Of a stretch of 64,000 nucleotides of DNA, positions 12,218-25,430 are shown piece after piece. The notes under the pieces were generated by a model. It did no database searches, was not told the DNA's origin, and saw only the letters and a list, made by a program, of their open reading frames with translations. The stretch is from assembly GCF_030028105.1 (NCBI RefSeq), contig NC_092374.1, positions 186,156,638-186,220,637 on the forward strand. The letters are read 5' to 3'. A program made the translations under genes and the position numbers. How positions within the stretch are numbered: the stretch's first letter is position 1; each line of letters opens with the position of its first letter. The stretch is from Mobula birostris (taxonomy: Eukaryota).

Positions 12218-12601
12218 CCGCTCTAACACTGAGGGTGCATCAGGACAGAGTGAATGGAACCGCCGGCCAGTCCGTGCTCCTGCCCGCCTTTTACGCAGTC
12301 CCGGACCCACACGGTTATCTGCGGATCACATGGACCAGAGCGGGGAATGTTCTTGCAAAATACACCTGCTTCTTGTTCCAACACTGCGAATCCGGTCAAA
12401 GTCACCCCTTCATCTTTGTTTCCAGCGACTTTAAACACAGGATGCAGCTTTTCCCGGAGAACGCTTCGCTGTTACTGAGAGATTTACGGATCAACGACAG
12501 CGGAATTTATGAATTGGCCATTAGCCACTCTATGGGAACGAGAAAACGCAACTTGACCTTGGTGGTTCGGCCTGACGCTGGGAATGGAAAAGAGCTCGTG
12601 G
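12218..12601 (+). CDS. Ig V-set domain exon, CD2/SLAM/CEACAM/HEPACAM-like N domain
   Basis: Acceptor cctttag| and donor GTGG|gtaggt; 384 nt, phase 1-1. Motifs include VNGTAGQSVLLP (A'/B strands), ITW (C-strand Trp), RMQLFPENASLLLRDLRINDSGIYEL (D-E-F strands with DxGxY) and NLTLVV (G strand). Four N-glycosylation sequons (NGT, NAS, NDS, NLT). Confidence 0.9.
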
Positions 12602-13744
12602 GTAGGTTCCACATTGGGCGCATTGTCGGGGCAAGCGCCAGTTTTTGTGGGCGATCTCTCCGTAACCTTTGATGCCCTTCTATCAAGAATCTGTCAACCT
12701 CCGCTTTGAAAAAAACACCCACTGACTTGGCCTCCACCGCCGTCTGTGGCAATGAATTCTACATATTCACTACTCTAACTAAAGAAATTTCTCCTAATTT
12801 CTGTTCTAAATGAACATCCCTCCATTCTGAGGCCATGCCCCCGGTTCTAGTCCCCTCTATAGGGAACATCCTATCCACGTCCTCTCTATCTAAGCCTTTC
12901 AATATTCAGCAGGTTTCAGTAAGACTCCCCAAGTTCCTGCGAGTACAGGGCCCAGAGCCACCCAAACGCTGCTCATACGCGGGGTCACTCTCGTGAACCT
13001 CCTCTGCACCCTCTCCAGTGGCAGCATACCCTTGCTTAGACATGGGGCCCACGACTGCTCGCAGTACTCCAAGTGCGGGCTGAACAAGGCCTAGTAAAAC
13101 CTCAGTTTATCTGTTGAATCCCGCTGGACTTGCCGTCGACTACATTTATGATTTACTTTCCGAAGATTAGATGCGCATTTAGTTCACTATTTCGTAGCCT
13201 ACATCCACACAACAACAATCTCCAATTAGACAGTTGTTCCATTCAGAGAGAGTTCCGGTCCCCTCTCAGTCAGAGATCACAGGTGGATGCAGGCGTGTCC
13301 AGAGTGGGCCGCCTGCGTTGACGGAAAAAACCGAGTTACGCTTCGGGTCAGATCAGGGAACTGTTGTGGATAAAATAGGGTTTCAGGTGCAGGGAGGAAG
13401 GTGGGGGAGAGGGCCGAGTTCTGTGGTGCGGCGGAAGGCTGAAAGATGTCAAAAGACGGTGTGAACATTTCCGGCCATTATACTGTAGTTTCGTTTTCTG
13501 CTAATTTAGGTTGTTTCTCTGTCACTCTCGAATGTGTTGAGGGCACTGATTCTGCCAGGGATCCAGATAAATCCGGCAGATGAAGTGTAATGCTGCGTAT
13601 GCGATATCAAAAGGCGGGCTGTCACCTTACTGGGGAGAGGCTGAAAGTAAGAATGAGGATTATATTTATTATCACTGATGTCTGACATGCCAGAACGTGA
13701 ATGAGAATTGGAATATATAGCCAATTGCCATTCACATTTCGCCA

Positions 13745-14200
13745 TGTCGGACTATGGCCCCTTCTACAGTCACGATGAAGCCACTCTCAGGTTGGAAGAC
13801 CAACACTGCATTCCGTCGAGGCGGCCTCCAGCCTGACACCGTGAACATTGATTTCTCCCCTCTCCCCATTCTCGCTCTCCTCTCACCTCTTCTCTTCTCC
13901 TTAACTTCATATCACTTTCTCTGTTGTCCCTGTTCCTTCCTTTTCTTTCCATGGCCCACTCTCCTCACCTATCAGATTCCTTCTTCTACAGCCTTTTCCC
14001 TCTTCCACCTATCATCTCCTGGCTTCTTACCTCATCCACACATCCCATCCCAACCACCTTCCCCCTCACCTGCCAGCTTGCACTTCCCTCCCCCACCTTA
14101 GTATTCTGTCTTCTTACACTTTCCTTCCCAGTCCTGAAAGCCCAGAAGGTCGACTGTATTTTCCCCTCTATAGATGTTGCCTGAAGGGCTGAGTTCCTGT
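13745..14200 (+). mobile_element. Penelope 3' fragment with degenerate pseudo-LTR
   Basis: Similar to 5350-5800 (gatgaagccactctcaggttggaagaccaacac..., CT-rich tract, cagtcctgaa...gtcgactgta). Confidence 0.8.
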
Positions 14201-14832
14201 CCTGGTGGGCACTGACAAATGACTGAACCCAGGTGCAGAGGAACGACAGACTCCCCTGTCAAGACAGAAACAGGAGTTTATTCATAGGCATTCCAACAGA
14301 ACATCGATGATTTGACCAAGCGACACTGCGAGATGATTCATCCTCAAAATACAAGGACCCCACAATAAGTGCTAATTGGGAGTCCACTTTAAATCATCCA
14401 CAGTACATGGAAAGCCTATGCCAATCAAAATAAACTTGACAAGATTACACAGAAAGCACAAGGGATTCAAGACTTCAGATAAAAACAACAATGAATGAAT
14501 ACAGTTACAGAGGTCTGTGGGGTTCAGGACAGTTCCTCCATCATTTTCTAAGTGTTGCTTAAGATCAGGGAGGTTTCGTTACTGCGGCCAAGGTGTTGAT
14601 GAGGTCACACCTAGGGTACTGTCCACAGATCTGGTCGCCTTACCCAAAACAGGTTTTAGTACCATTGGTGGGAATACAGAGGAGATCCACGAGGCTAACT
14701 CTGGGGGTGAGATGCTAGTCCTGTCACGATGAATATATACAGTAAATGGCAGGGCCTTTACATTCTGATGTACAGAGATATCTTGAGATGCAAGTCCCTA
14801 GCTCCCTGAGAGTAGTAACACAAATAAAGAAG

Positions 14833-14982
14833 ATGTACATGCCGACATTAGCTGGGGTGCTGAGTATAAATGTCAGGAAGTCATGTACATGCCAACGTTA
14901 GTTGGGGGGCAGAGTATAAATGTCAGGAAGTCATGTACGTACCAACATTAGTTGGGGGGCAGAGTATAAATGTCAGGAAGTC
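14833..14982 (+). repeat. Three tandem copies of a 50-bp unit inside a CR1 fragment
   Basis: Unit atgtacatgccgacattagctggggtgctgagtataaatgtcaggaagtc repeated at 14833, 14883 and 14933. Confidence 0.9.
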
Positions 14983-15209
14983 GTGTTGCGGTGGTGTAAG
15001 ACTTTGGTTCGGCCACAGTTGGAGCATTGTCTGCAGCTCTGGTCACCACATTGTGGGAAGGAAGTGGAGGCTTTGGGGAGGGTGCAGAGCACGTTCACAG
15101 ATTGGTTCATGGGTTAGAGCATTAGCGATAAGTACAGGTTGGATAATCGTGGATTGTTTCTTTAGAGCAATGTTGGGGGTTGGGTGGGGGGGAAGTTAGG
15201 TGCACAATA

Positions 15210-15700
15210 AGGCAGGGAAATTTGTCCTACTGTATCCATCATCAGTGGACTCCACCACACAAGCCATGCTCTCTTCCCACTGCTGCCATCAGGAAGAAGG
15301 TACAGGAGCCTCAGGTCTCACAGTACCAAGTTCAGGAACAGTTATTACCTCTCAACCATCAGGCTCTTGAAGCAGAGGGGGTTAACTTCACTGCCCCATC
15401 ACTGAACTGTTCCCACACCTATGTGCTCACTATCAATGAGTTTTCATCTCACGTTCTTGATACTTATTGCTTATTATTATTTATTATTATTATTTCTTTT
15501 TTCTTTTGTGTTTGCAGTTTGTCGTCTTTTGCACATGGGCTGTTTTTCTGCCCTCTTGGGGGCTGTCTTTCATTGATTCTGTTACGTTTCTTGGATTTAC
15601 TGAGTATGCCCACAAGAAAATGAATCTCAGGGTTCTATATGCTGACATACAGTGATTGTAATTTGATAAAAAATATACTTTGAACTTTGAATCCATTATT
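15210..15700 (+). mobile_element. Rex1/Babar LINE 3' end (similar fragments near 18000, 19400, 20450, 22040, 26100, 27310, 58860 and 63170)
   Basis: Encodes the HALFSLLPSGRRYRSL...RFRNSYYPSTIRLL-type C-terminus, followed by the shared 3' UTR. Confidence 0.8.
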
Positions 15701-16769
15701 AGGGAGTCCCATCACCCAGGACATGCTCTCTTCTCATTGCTACCATTAGGGAGGAGAGCCTGAAGGTACACACTCAATGATTCAGGAATAGCTTCTTCCC
15801 CCATCAGATTTCTGAATATGTAATTTAAAAAAATATATGTACTGAAATTTACAGCTTCTATTATTATGTATTACAATGTACTGCTGTCGCTGAACAACCA
15901 ACTTCACAATATATGCCAGTGATATTGAACCTGATTCTGATTTGCACTTGTTTTACCAACTTCATCAGAGTCACACGTACTATCGTTTCTCTCGCCTCAG
16001 TACGTAAGGAGCATCCTTTATATTTAACTGGACACTAACTGATTGGTTGAACGCAAGTGTTATTTTATTAATTGCATACGATGCAGATACTTCCCCTCCG
16101 GTTGATTGAGGAGTTCTGATGAAGTGTTAAGGGATGCACATCGATGATGTGTAACTGTAGAAATGCATGGGAGCTGCTCTGTAGAGTCTGGTTAATATAT
16201 AACCATCACCATGTGCAGTGAGATTTTAATTCATCACAGCACTCTAGCACTCGTAAAAGATTTTTGAGCATTTCTCAAGCCCCTCCTACATTTGCCTTTC
16301 CTTGTCACTGTCTTGACCCTCCTTTGGTAAGAACTACAATGCCCCCTGTGCTCAGGTTCACTGTTTCTTTGGCAATGTCGTCAGTCTCATCTTTGTCCAT
16401 TTTAAAATGTGGCACAACTGTAATCTCTCCCCAGAGTCAGGACAGCCAGCTTTCTAAATCAGACTAACTAGCTGCTGTGTGAAGAGTGTACAGTAGCACA
16501 GGAACCGCAGGTACTGAGATGGTGTGCTAACTCCCATCTGACTAATAGCAACAAGAAACAATAATGGGGTTGTCTTTCAGTGCTCAGGCAGTGGCAAATA
16601 CCTGGGGAGTTACAAAAGTGATATCAGAGAAAGACACAGGTTTAATGTATATAATATGATATTTAATTTATTTATTGGGATAAATAAAATATTGTATTAG
16701 ATACACTAAATCTGTCTCTCCCTCTGACATAAACCTCCATAAATGCTGCATGGGGTAGACCCTTTGAGC

Positions 16770-16972
16770 CAAGCTGCCCAGCAATCCCCCAATTTAATCC
16801 GAGCCATTTAACCTACCAACTGGTACCTTTGGACTGTGGGAGGAAACCAGAGCATCTGGAGGAAACCCACGTGGTCTTGGGGAGAACATACAAACTCCTT
16901 ATAGGTAACAGTGGGAATTGAACCTGGGACACCTGTACCATAAAGCGTTGTGCTAACAACTACGCTACTGTG
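16770..16972 (-). mobile_element. tRNA-derived V-SINE (HE1-like); further copies at about 27870-28070(-), 42590-42790(+), 48890-49160(+), 49700-49935(-), 51640-51950(-) and 63880-64000(-)
   Basis: tRNA-like head (tagcgtagttgttagc...ggttcaattccc) and V-domain core gtgggtttcctcc...ggtttcctcccacagtccaaag. Confidence 0.8.
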
Positions 16973-17547
16973 TTTAATATGATAGAATGGGAGGTTAACT
17001 AAACTTGGGTTGTTTCCTCAGGGGCGGAGGAGGCCAAGGGGAAACTTGATAGACTTTTATGAGGTTGCGAACAGCGAGATAGCTTAAACAGCTGGTAACT
17101 TTATCCCAGGGTCGAAATGTCTAATGCAAGGGCATGCACTTGAGGTAAGAGGGATAAAGTTCTATAGAGATATGCAGGGCAAGTTTTCTTTACACAGGAT
17201 TATGGTGAAGGCAGATTGTGGTGATTAAGAGGCTCATAGGAGGGGTACATGAATGTGCAGAAAATGGGGGGATATGAACCTTAAGGGATTAGATGTAATT
17301 AGCTGAATTACTTAAAGCACAACTTTGTGGGCCAAAGGACCTGTTCCTGTACTGTACTGTTCAATGTTGTTAGTAACAAGCGTGTAAGTAATTCAATAGT
17401 TTACTCATGTTTCTGTCTGTAATATTGAAGTCTAAATTCAAAGTGGTAATGCGATTGAAACTCCAATTTTTCACACCTTCCTTGAATCAATATGTTGGAA
17501 TGACAGTCGTTATTGATGAAGTGTCTAATGTATTATTTGTTTCACAG

Positions 17548-17644
17548 GTACAGACAAGAAACAAATGCCAGCCATAGCTAACATTCGATATGTTAGCCTT
17601 GTTCTTATTTTTATCTTCTTGGGTTTTACTGTGAAAACACAGAG
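17548..17644 (+). CDS. Stalk plus transmembrane exon (GTDKKQMPAIANIRYVSLVLIFIFLGFTVKTQR)
   Basis: Acceptor ttatttgtttcacag| and donor CAGAG|gtaagc. Phase 1 in matches the V exon; phase 2 out. Open in the required frame, with a hydrophobic stretch followed by basic KTQR. Confidence 0.75.
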
Positions 17645-18653
17645 GTAAGCAGTGATCGTGTGACACTCTCTCAATGGCCTTCAGTACATTCTGAATAGAG
17701 GGACGTCCATTTAGATAGAGATGAGAAGGAACTTCTTTAGCCTGGGAGTGGTGAACCTGTGAAATTTCTTGCCGCAGGTAGCTGAGGAGGCCAAGTCATT
17801 GGGTATATTTAAGGTATAGGATGATAGATGCCTGATTAGGCAGGGCATGAAGGAATACGGGGAGAAGACAAGAGACTGGGGCTGAGAGAGAAATGGATCA
17901 GCCATGGTAAAATGGCCGAGCAGACTCTATGAGCCAAACGGCCTAATTCTGCTCCTATATCTAAATGGTCTTATGGTCTTCTACAGCTGTGTGGCAGATT
18001 GACTGGTTGTATCACGGTCTGGTATGGAAACACCAATGCCCTTGTACGGAAAAACCTAAAAAAATAGTGGGTACAGCCCAGTCCATCATGAGTAAAATCC
18101 TCTTCCACCATTGAACACACCTACACAGAGCATTGTCGCAGGAAAGCAGCACCCATCATCAAAGACCCCCACCTTGCAGCAGCCTCAGGAGCTGTACCAC
18201 CAGCTTCAGGAACAGTTATTACCCCTCAGCCATCAGGCTAATGAGCCAGAGGGGATAACTTCACTCGCCCCCCCCACACAACTGGACTCACTTTTAAGGA
18301 CTTTTCATCTGATGTCCATGATTGTATTGCTTATTTATTTGTTGTTATTATTTCCCTTTTTCCCTTTCTTTTTGTATCTTCACAGTTTATTTTTGCACGG
18401 TGGTTGCAATCCCTCCTTTTGGGTGTTGCCATTGATTCCCTCTGTTGTGCTTCTTGTATTTACTGTGAATGGCCACAAGAAAAGCAATCTATATGGTGAC
18501 ATGTACTGTATGTGCTTCGATAATACATTTACTCTGAGCTTTGAATTGCCTACAGGCAACATAAATTAAGTAATGGAAGTAATTTCAATGTCGTGCATTA
18601 CTCAGCCATAAGATGTGTCAACTTCAAACTTTTTATCTGTTATCATCATTCAG

Positions 18654-18705
18654 AAGTTATAAAGAGCAGAACAATCCCCTCTCTCTTCTGGTTAGCACTG
18701 TCTAG
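18654..18705 (+). CDS. Alternative candidate short terminal exon (RSYKEQNNPLSLLVSTV*)
   Basis: Acceptor ttttatctgttatcatcattcag|, open in phase 2, followed by non-repetitive sequence. No independent support. Confidence 0.2.
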
Positions 18706-20740
18706 CTGTGGCTTCAGTAACTGCATCACACATAGACCAGTAATTGCTTGTAATGGTGACAGTGGAACAGTGAGCTTGACCCAGAGCTAGACAGTGAAAA
18801 TAAGCAGGAATAAGAAACTAGAGACCACAGTGTTCGAGACCTTTCCTTCCATGTATGGCTGCTTGTGTGTAAGGGTTTTGATTTTGGACACCGTGCATTG
18901 TGGGTTTGATAACTGATCAATGATAACTGCTTTTTGCATAGTAGGGGAATTAAGGGTTATGAGGAAAAGGCAAGGTAAGTGGAGAGGAGTCCATGAGCAG
19001 ATCAGCCATGATCTTATTGAGTGGTGGAGCAGGCTTGACAGGCCAGATGGCCGACTCCTGCTCCTATTCCTTACGTTCTTATCAATGTCAGTGCTTTCCT
19101 CATTAGGTTGTGGGCGATCTCAGCAGGAGGCAGAGGAGGGAAATGCCCCTCAAGCAGACTGGGTAAGTTAAGACATTTGTATTGAAATTGGTTTATTATT
19201 GCACCATGTACCAGGGTACAGTGAAAAGCCTCTCTTGCATACTGTTGATACTTTACGCAGTGCGTTGAGGAAGAACAATGTAAAACTATAGCAGAATGCA
19301 GAACAAAGTGTAACAACTACAGAGAAAGTGCAGAGCAGGTAAACGATAGGGGCGATAGGGTGCAAGATCATAACGAACTAGAGTGTGAGGCATACTCCAT
19401 CTTGTGGTACGAAAGATCTGTTCGAGATTCCATTAACAGTGAGATTGCTGTTTTTTTTTGAGCTTGGTGGCCCACGCTTTCAGCTTTTGTCTCTCCTGCC
19501 TGATGGTCAGGTGGGAGGGGTGGGAGAGCACGTCGGGGTGGGTGAGGTCTTTGATAATGCTGGTTGTTTTACTGAGGCAGAGGCTATTGAGGGGAGGCTG
19601 GTTTCCGTGACACACTGAGCTGTGTCTACAACTCTCTGCCACTTCTGTGGTCATGTGCAGAGCAGCTGCCGAACCAGGTAGGATGCTTCCTATAAGAATC
19701 GGCAAGAGTTGACTTTGTGGATGGGAAGTGAATTGCTTAAACTGCTTTTTTTTTGCAGTTTGGATTTGAAATTCCCAAACCTGCTGTTCTCCTGGCATTG
19801 CCGAACCCCTGGGAATAAGCAATTCCCTCTCCTCCCAGGATATCAGCTGTGGAGTCCCAGCACCCACGTTGACTGAGTTGACCCTGTGTTGAGATGGAGA
19901 GCTGTCAGTGTGAGGCTGAACTGACCACAGTGCCTGCTTGTATATTTAACACTGACCATAAAACACAAAACCGTACAGTGCACGAACAGGCCCTCTAGCT
20001 CACAATGTTGTGCTGAACTGACAGAGCTAATGTCACCATCCCTTCTGCCCGGACGTGCACCATATCCCTCCATTCTCTGCATTAAGAATCTCTTTAACAC
20101 CTCTGTCCTACTTTCCTTCTGTGACAGAGCATTTCAGGCACCCATCACTCTCTGTGTAACAAAATCTACCCCGCACATCTCTGTAAATAAATACCATTCT
20201 AGTGTTAGGCATTCTGACCCAGGAGAAAGATACTGGCTCACAGACAAGAGAAAATCTGCAGATGCTGGGGAATCCAAGCAACACACACAAAATGCTGGAG
20301 CAACTCAGCAGGCCAGGCAGCATCTATGGAAAAGAGTACGGTCGATGTTTCAGGCCGGGACCCTCCAGCAGGACTCCTGATGAAGGGTCTTAGCCTGAAA
20401 TGTCGACTATACTCTTTTCCAAAGATACTGGCTGGCCATTCTTTTTATACCTATCGTAAGGTTATATGAGAGGAGGACTCCTTTGGAGTCTGTGGAGATT
20501 CAGCATGACATCCAAACTTAGATAAACTTCTATAGATGTGTACTGGAAAGTATATTGACTGGAGCATGGCTTGATATGGAAACACCAATGCCCTTGAATG
20601 GAAAATCCTACTAAAGGTAGTGAATTTGGCCAGTATACTACAGGTAAAGCCCTCCCGACCATTGAACACACCTACATTCATCATCAGAGATCCCCACCAC
20701 CCAGGTCATGGTCTCTTCTTGCTGCTCCCATCATGTAGAG

Positions 20741-21383
20741 TAGTGGTCGCCAACCTTTTCAAGCCCAAGATCCCCTACCTTGGCCTTAGTGAAAGGCAAG
20801 ATCCACCTACTAATCGTTTAGACATACGCATGCGCACTGGGCAGAAAAGACCCAAAGTAAGACCCCGCAACCCGGAAACAACCTCTCTTTACAAACAGCT
20901 TTCTGTAGCGGGAGTATTGTTATATAACTATTATCTGAATCAGTATTACTTATTTTATAATGCTCACATTACAACACCTTTAATTCTATGTTTCACTATT
21001 TAATTTTATTTCAACATGAAAAATAAAGGAATAAAAATTGACTGTTGCACTCAGTGTGATGACTGGGGCTGAATACTTTCTGCTAGTTCCCTGAAATTTG
21101 GCTCATAACTACAGACAGCCAGTCTGAGACAGTCTGTGAGGTGTCTGTCAGTAAAACAGCTCCTGTACTCAGTGTTGTAATATGAGCATTACAAAGATAA
21201 GTTAATGCCAATTAGGATAATGGTTATATAGCAATACTCCCGCTACAGAAAGCTGTTTGTAAAGAGAGGTTGTTTCCAGGTCGTGGGGTTTTACTTCTGG
21301 TCTTTTCTGCCCGGTGCGCATTTTTCATTTTTTTTCAGGATCTACTGGGAAAGTCTCAAAGATCGACTGGTTGGCAACCACTA
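20741..21383. mobile_element. Non-autonomous hAT-type DNA transposon
   Basis: TIRs tagtggtcgccaacc / ggttggcaaccacta and an 8-bp TSD (atgtagag at 20733-20740, acgtagag at 21384-21391). Interrupts a Rex1 3' end. Confidence 0.85.
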
Positions 21384-24300
21384 ACGTAGAGGGTACACGA
21401 GCCTCAGGGCTCACACCACCATGTTCAAGAACTGTTCCTACCCTTCAACCATCAGGGATAACAGTACTCACTTGCCCCATCATTGAACTGTTCCTACAAC
21501 AAGGATCTCACTTTAATCTCATCATCTCGTCATTTATCGCTATTTATGTATATTTGCATTTGCACAGTTTGTTGCCTTCTGCACTCTGGTTGATCTTTTA
21601 TTAATGCTGTTATAGTTGCTATTCTATAGATCTGCTGAGTATTCCCACAGGAAAATGTATCTTAGGATTGTATATGGTGACATATAGTACTTTGATAATA
21701 AAATTTACTTTCTAAACTTCTATCAGGCTTCCCCTCAGCCTTTGCTGCTCCTGTGAGAATAACCTAAATTTGTCCAGCTTTGTCCTCAGAGCACATGCTC
21801 TCTAATCCAGGTGGCACGTTGGCTGGAAATGGGTGGGGTGGATCACAGGGGCGGAAAGGTCCGGGTGAAGGGAGATTAGGGAGGGAGGCGGCCCCAGAGG
21901 GAAAGAACCCTCATTGGCAGAAACAGAATGGGCAGATGGGGAGGGAGTGTCTTCCATCACCTTTACAACACCCCTGTGCCCACTTAAAGTTCACAGTAAA
22001 TTTACTAACAAAGTATGTAAATGCCACATGCTACCCTAAGATTCATTTCTTTGTGGGCGTTCACAGCTGAACAAAGAAATAATATAGAATCGATGAAAGA
22101 CTACACACAAAGACTGACAAACAACCAATCTGCAAGACAAATTGTGCAAATACAAAAAATAAATAAATAACATTGAGAACGTGAGTTGTAAAGTCCTTGA
22201 AAGTGAGTCCATAGGTTGTAGAAGCGGTTGAACGTTGAGATAAGTGAAGTTATCCACGTCAGTTCAGGAGCCTGGTGGTTGAGTCTGTGCTGAACCTGGT
22301 GGACTGAGATCTCAGGCTCCTATACCTCCCTCCCGCTGGCAGCAGTGAGAAGAGAGCAGGGCATGATTGTGGGGTTGTTGATGATAGATGCTGCTTTCTT
22401 GTTGCGGTGTGCTCCTTGTAGATGTGCTCAATGTGGGGGAAAGTTTTGCCTGTGATCACACTTTCTGATCACACTTTGCACAATGTGATCAGGAACCTAG
22501 ATTATTGTAACCAAATTGAAATAAACCCCAATTGTTTGGTGACAATTGATTTCTTTGCCTCTCCTACAATGAAATAGTGGCACCAAGGCTCTGGAGAGAC
22601 GAGATCTGACCTTTAGCTACAGCTTATGTTCACTCAAAGCCTGGTGCTGTGTACAGCAGAGATAGCAACACCTCAAAGCATAGAAGTGACAGAGGGAAGC
22701 ATGGGTGAATTGAAGTGGCTGAGTGCGCTTCACTGCAGAACCTGAATAGACAGGTTTAACCACAACGTTTCAACGTCTCTCGTTAGTAATCTATTTTTAA
22801 GATCTGACACTCTGGGACACATTTTTTTTTATAAAATAGAACAAATCTGTTCCTGGTCACTTTCAACACAAGTTCAGCAAATGATTATATCCCCTGCAAA
22901 TTTAGCTCAGTCACAAACAGCATGGCTAATTTAACCACAGATATCTAAATGGTTCATGAGCCTATTAACATGATCTCACTATTCCTTTTTTGCATTATTT
23001 GCTTAACTTTGAAAATCATGGTCATTGCCACAAAACAGCAAACATCACAATGTATGTCACTGGTAATAAACCTGGTTTTGATTCTGGTTCAGGAAGAGCC
23101 AAGAATTGGGACTGATAGGGTGCAATTTCCATCACCAGAAACTGCAGGGAAGACTATCTTGAACCAGACCCCACACGTTCCATTAGAACGACACTGCACT
23201 AATTTGAACTGAACTGAATGAAACTGAGCATTCCTGGACTGTTTCAAAGACTGTGCAGTTTGATGTTTAATATCCTCTGTGTTATCCGCTCATTTTTGCC
23301 GTTTGCTTGATTTGTTCTTTTCTTTTGCCCATTGGGTGTTTGATGTTTTCTTTGAATGGGTTCCATGGTGTTTCTTCGTTTCGTGGCTGCCTGTGGGAGG
23401 ATGCATCTCAGGGTTGTGTACCTCATACATACTTCGATAATACATGTACTTTTGAAATTTTGACTTTGAACGTAGGTAGAACAATGGTCAGTACGGGACA
23501 GGAACAAGCTCTTCAGCCCGTGATGGCTGTGCCAAACATGATACCACATTACACCATTCCCTCCTGCCTGCACATGATCGATATCCTCCCATTCTCGACA
23601 CATTAGTGTGTCCACCTTCAATCTCTGGAACAGCACCATCTGATCTGCTTCCATCACTACCCCTGGCAGCATGTTCCAGGCACTCACCACTCTGTATGTA
23701 AACAAAAATACTTAGCCCACACATCGTCTTTAAACTTTTCTGCTCTCATTTTAAAACTCTGCTCTCCAGTGTGCATCATTTCTATAATGGGAAATAGATT
23801 GTGGCTGTCTATGCTGTCTATGCCTCTTATAATTTTATAAACCTCCAACCAGTCTCCTGTCAGCCTCTGACACTCCCTGTTCATTCAACCTCTTCTTACA
23901 GGTCATACCCTTTAACCAAAGCAGCATCCTGGGAAATGGCTTCTACACCCTTTCCACAGGCTCCACACTCTTCCTGTAATGAGATGACCAGAACTGCACA
24001 CAATACTCTAAGAAGAACACAGGCAAAGTTTATATAACTGCATCATTCCTTCCTGATTCCTTTACTCTGTATGCCTAGTGATGAAGGCAACCATGCCCCA
24101 CAGCTTTTTACCACTCTGCAAGTTGCATTGCCACCTTCAAGGAGGTTTGGATTGATTTAATCATCGACAAATGAAAGCCTAGTAGTTCACAGAATGTTCA
24201 GTAAAGGAATAAATGTTGTGTTCACTCACACGGCTTAACCCCCAGGATATTACCCATGTTAATCAGTTCATACAAAATGATCAAAGCCAGGGGAACAGTA

Positions 24301-25395
24301 TCAAAATTTCACTCCTGACTGAAGGTTTCAACTTTTCAAAGGTTTCAAGGGTACATTTCATGTCAGAGAAATGTATACAATATACATCCTGAAATTCATT
24401 TACTTTGCAGACATCCATGAAAACCGAAGAGTGCCCCAAAGAATGAATGAAAGTTAAATGTTAGAAACCCAAAGCCTCCCCCCCCAGCTCCCCCCATCCA
24501 TACATAAGCTGCAGCAAAGCAACGACCCTCCTCCCCCAAAGGCAACAAAAGCATCGGCACCTCCACCGAGCACTCAAGCGTGCAGCAAAGCATCAATAAA
24601 ATACAGACTTGCAGTATCCCAAAGACTACTCGTTCACCCAGTAATTTGACATACCACAGGCTCTCTCTCTCCCTAATAAGGGAAAAAGAGGTGTCCCCAT
24701 ATTCACAGCGAGAGGGGAGACATAACAAACAACTCGCTGATTAACAATGTCAAAAGTCTGTTGGTGTTGCTTTTTCCGAGCTCTGTGCCCAAAGAACTCG
24801 GGGCTCTGAACACGCAGCCAGCAGCCAGCTCGCTGCTTACGATCTTCCGTTTCCCATGATACACCAGTTTCTGCAGCGACACCGACCTCGCGTCCTCTCG
24901 CCTCCAGAGCCACAAAATCCTGGAACCCTGAAGGTGCACTAGTTCTGTAGGCCCTGTCCTTGGCATATGGAATAGCAGCCAGTCGTGAGACCCCAAGAGT
25001 GGATCCCATTCCCACAAGGAACCGAAGTCAGAATCAGAATCAGGTTTATTATCACTGGCATGTGTCATGAAATTTGTTAACTTAGCAGCAGCAGTTCAAT
25101 GCAATACATAATCTAGAAGAAGAGGGAAATAAAATAAAATAATAATAATAATTATTATTATTATTATTTATTATTTACTTATTCCCGGTAACTCCAGTTC
25201 AGGGTCTTCAAAAGAACCTTGAAAGGGAAAAATAAAGATATTAAAGATAGACAATGAGCTGTTTCCAAGGATGCAAGCAAAGCAGTCACCGTTATCTGTC
25301 AACTTTAAAGTCAAAGTAAATATACAAACAAAGTAACACACATCAAAGTTGCTGGTGAACGCAGCAGGCCAGGCAGCATCTCTAGGAAGAGGTAC

Positions 25396-25430
25396 AGTCG
25401 ACGTTTCAGGCTGAGACCCTTCGTCAGGAT
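25396..25430 (-). ncRNA. Type I minimal hammerhead ribozyme: core intact, stem I shortened
   Basis: - strand reads tc-CTGACGA-agggtctcagcct-GAAAC-GTC-gactg. Confidence 0.7.

Larger units (their letters stand above)
9730..13500. promoter_or_regulatory. CpG-rich (island-like) region covering the 5' exons of the receptor gene
   Basis: Visibly high CpG density relative to the CpG-depleted repeat background; not computed. Confidence 0.55.

Noticed and set aside
22618-22760. Exon candidates on either strand in a unique patch
   Set aside because: Several equally weak splice and frame options; none fits the phase-2 TM exon with independent support.
25125-25185. (AAT)n(ATT)n quasi-palindrome
   Set aside because: Ordinary microsatellite tail of a retroposon.
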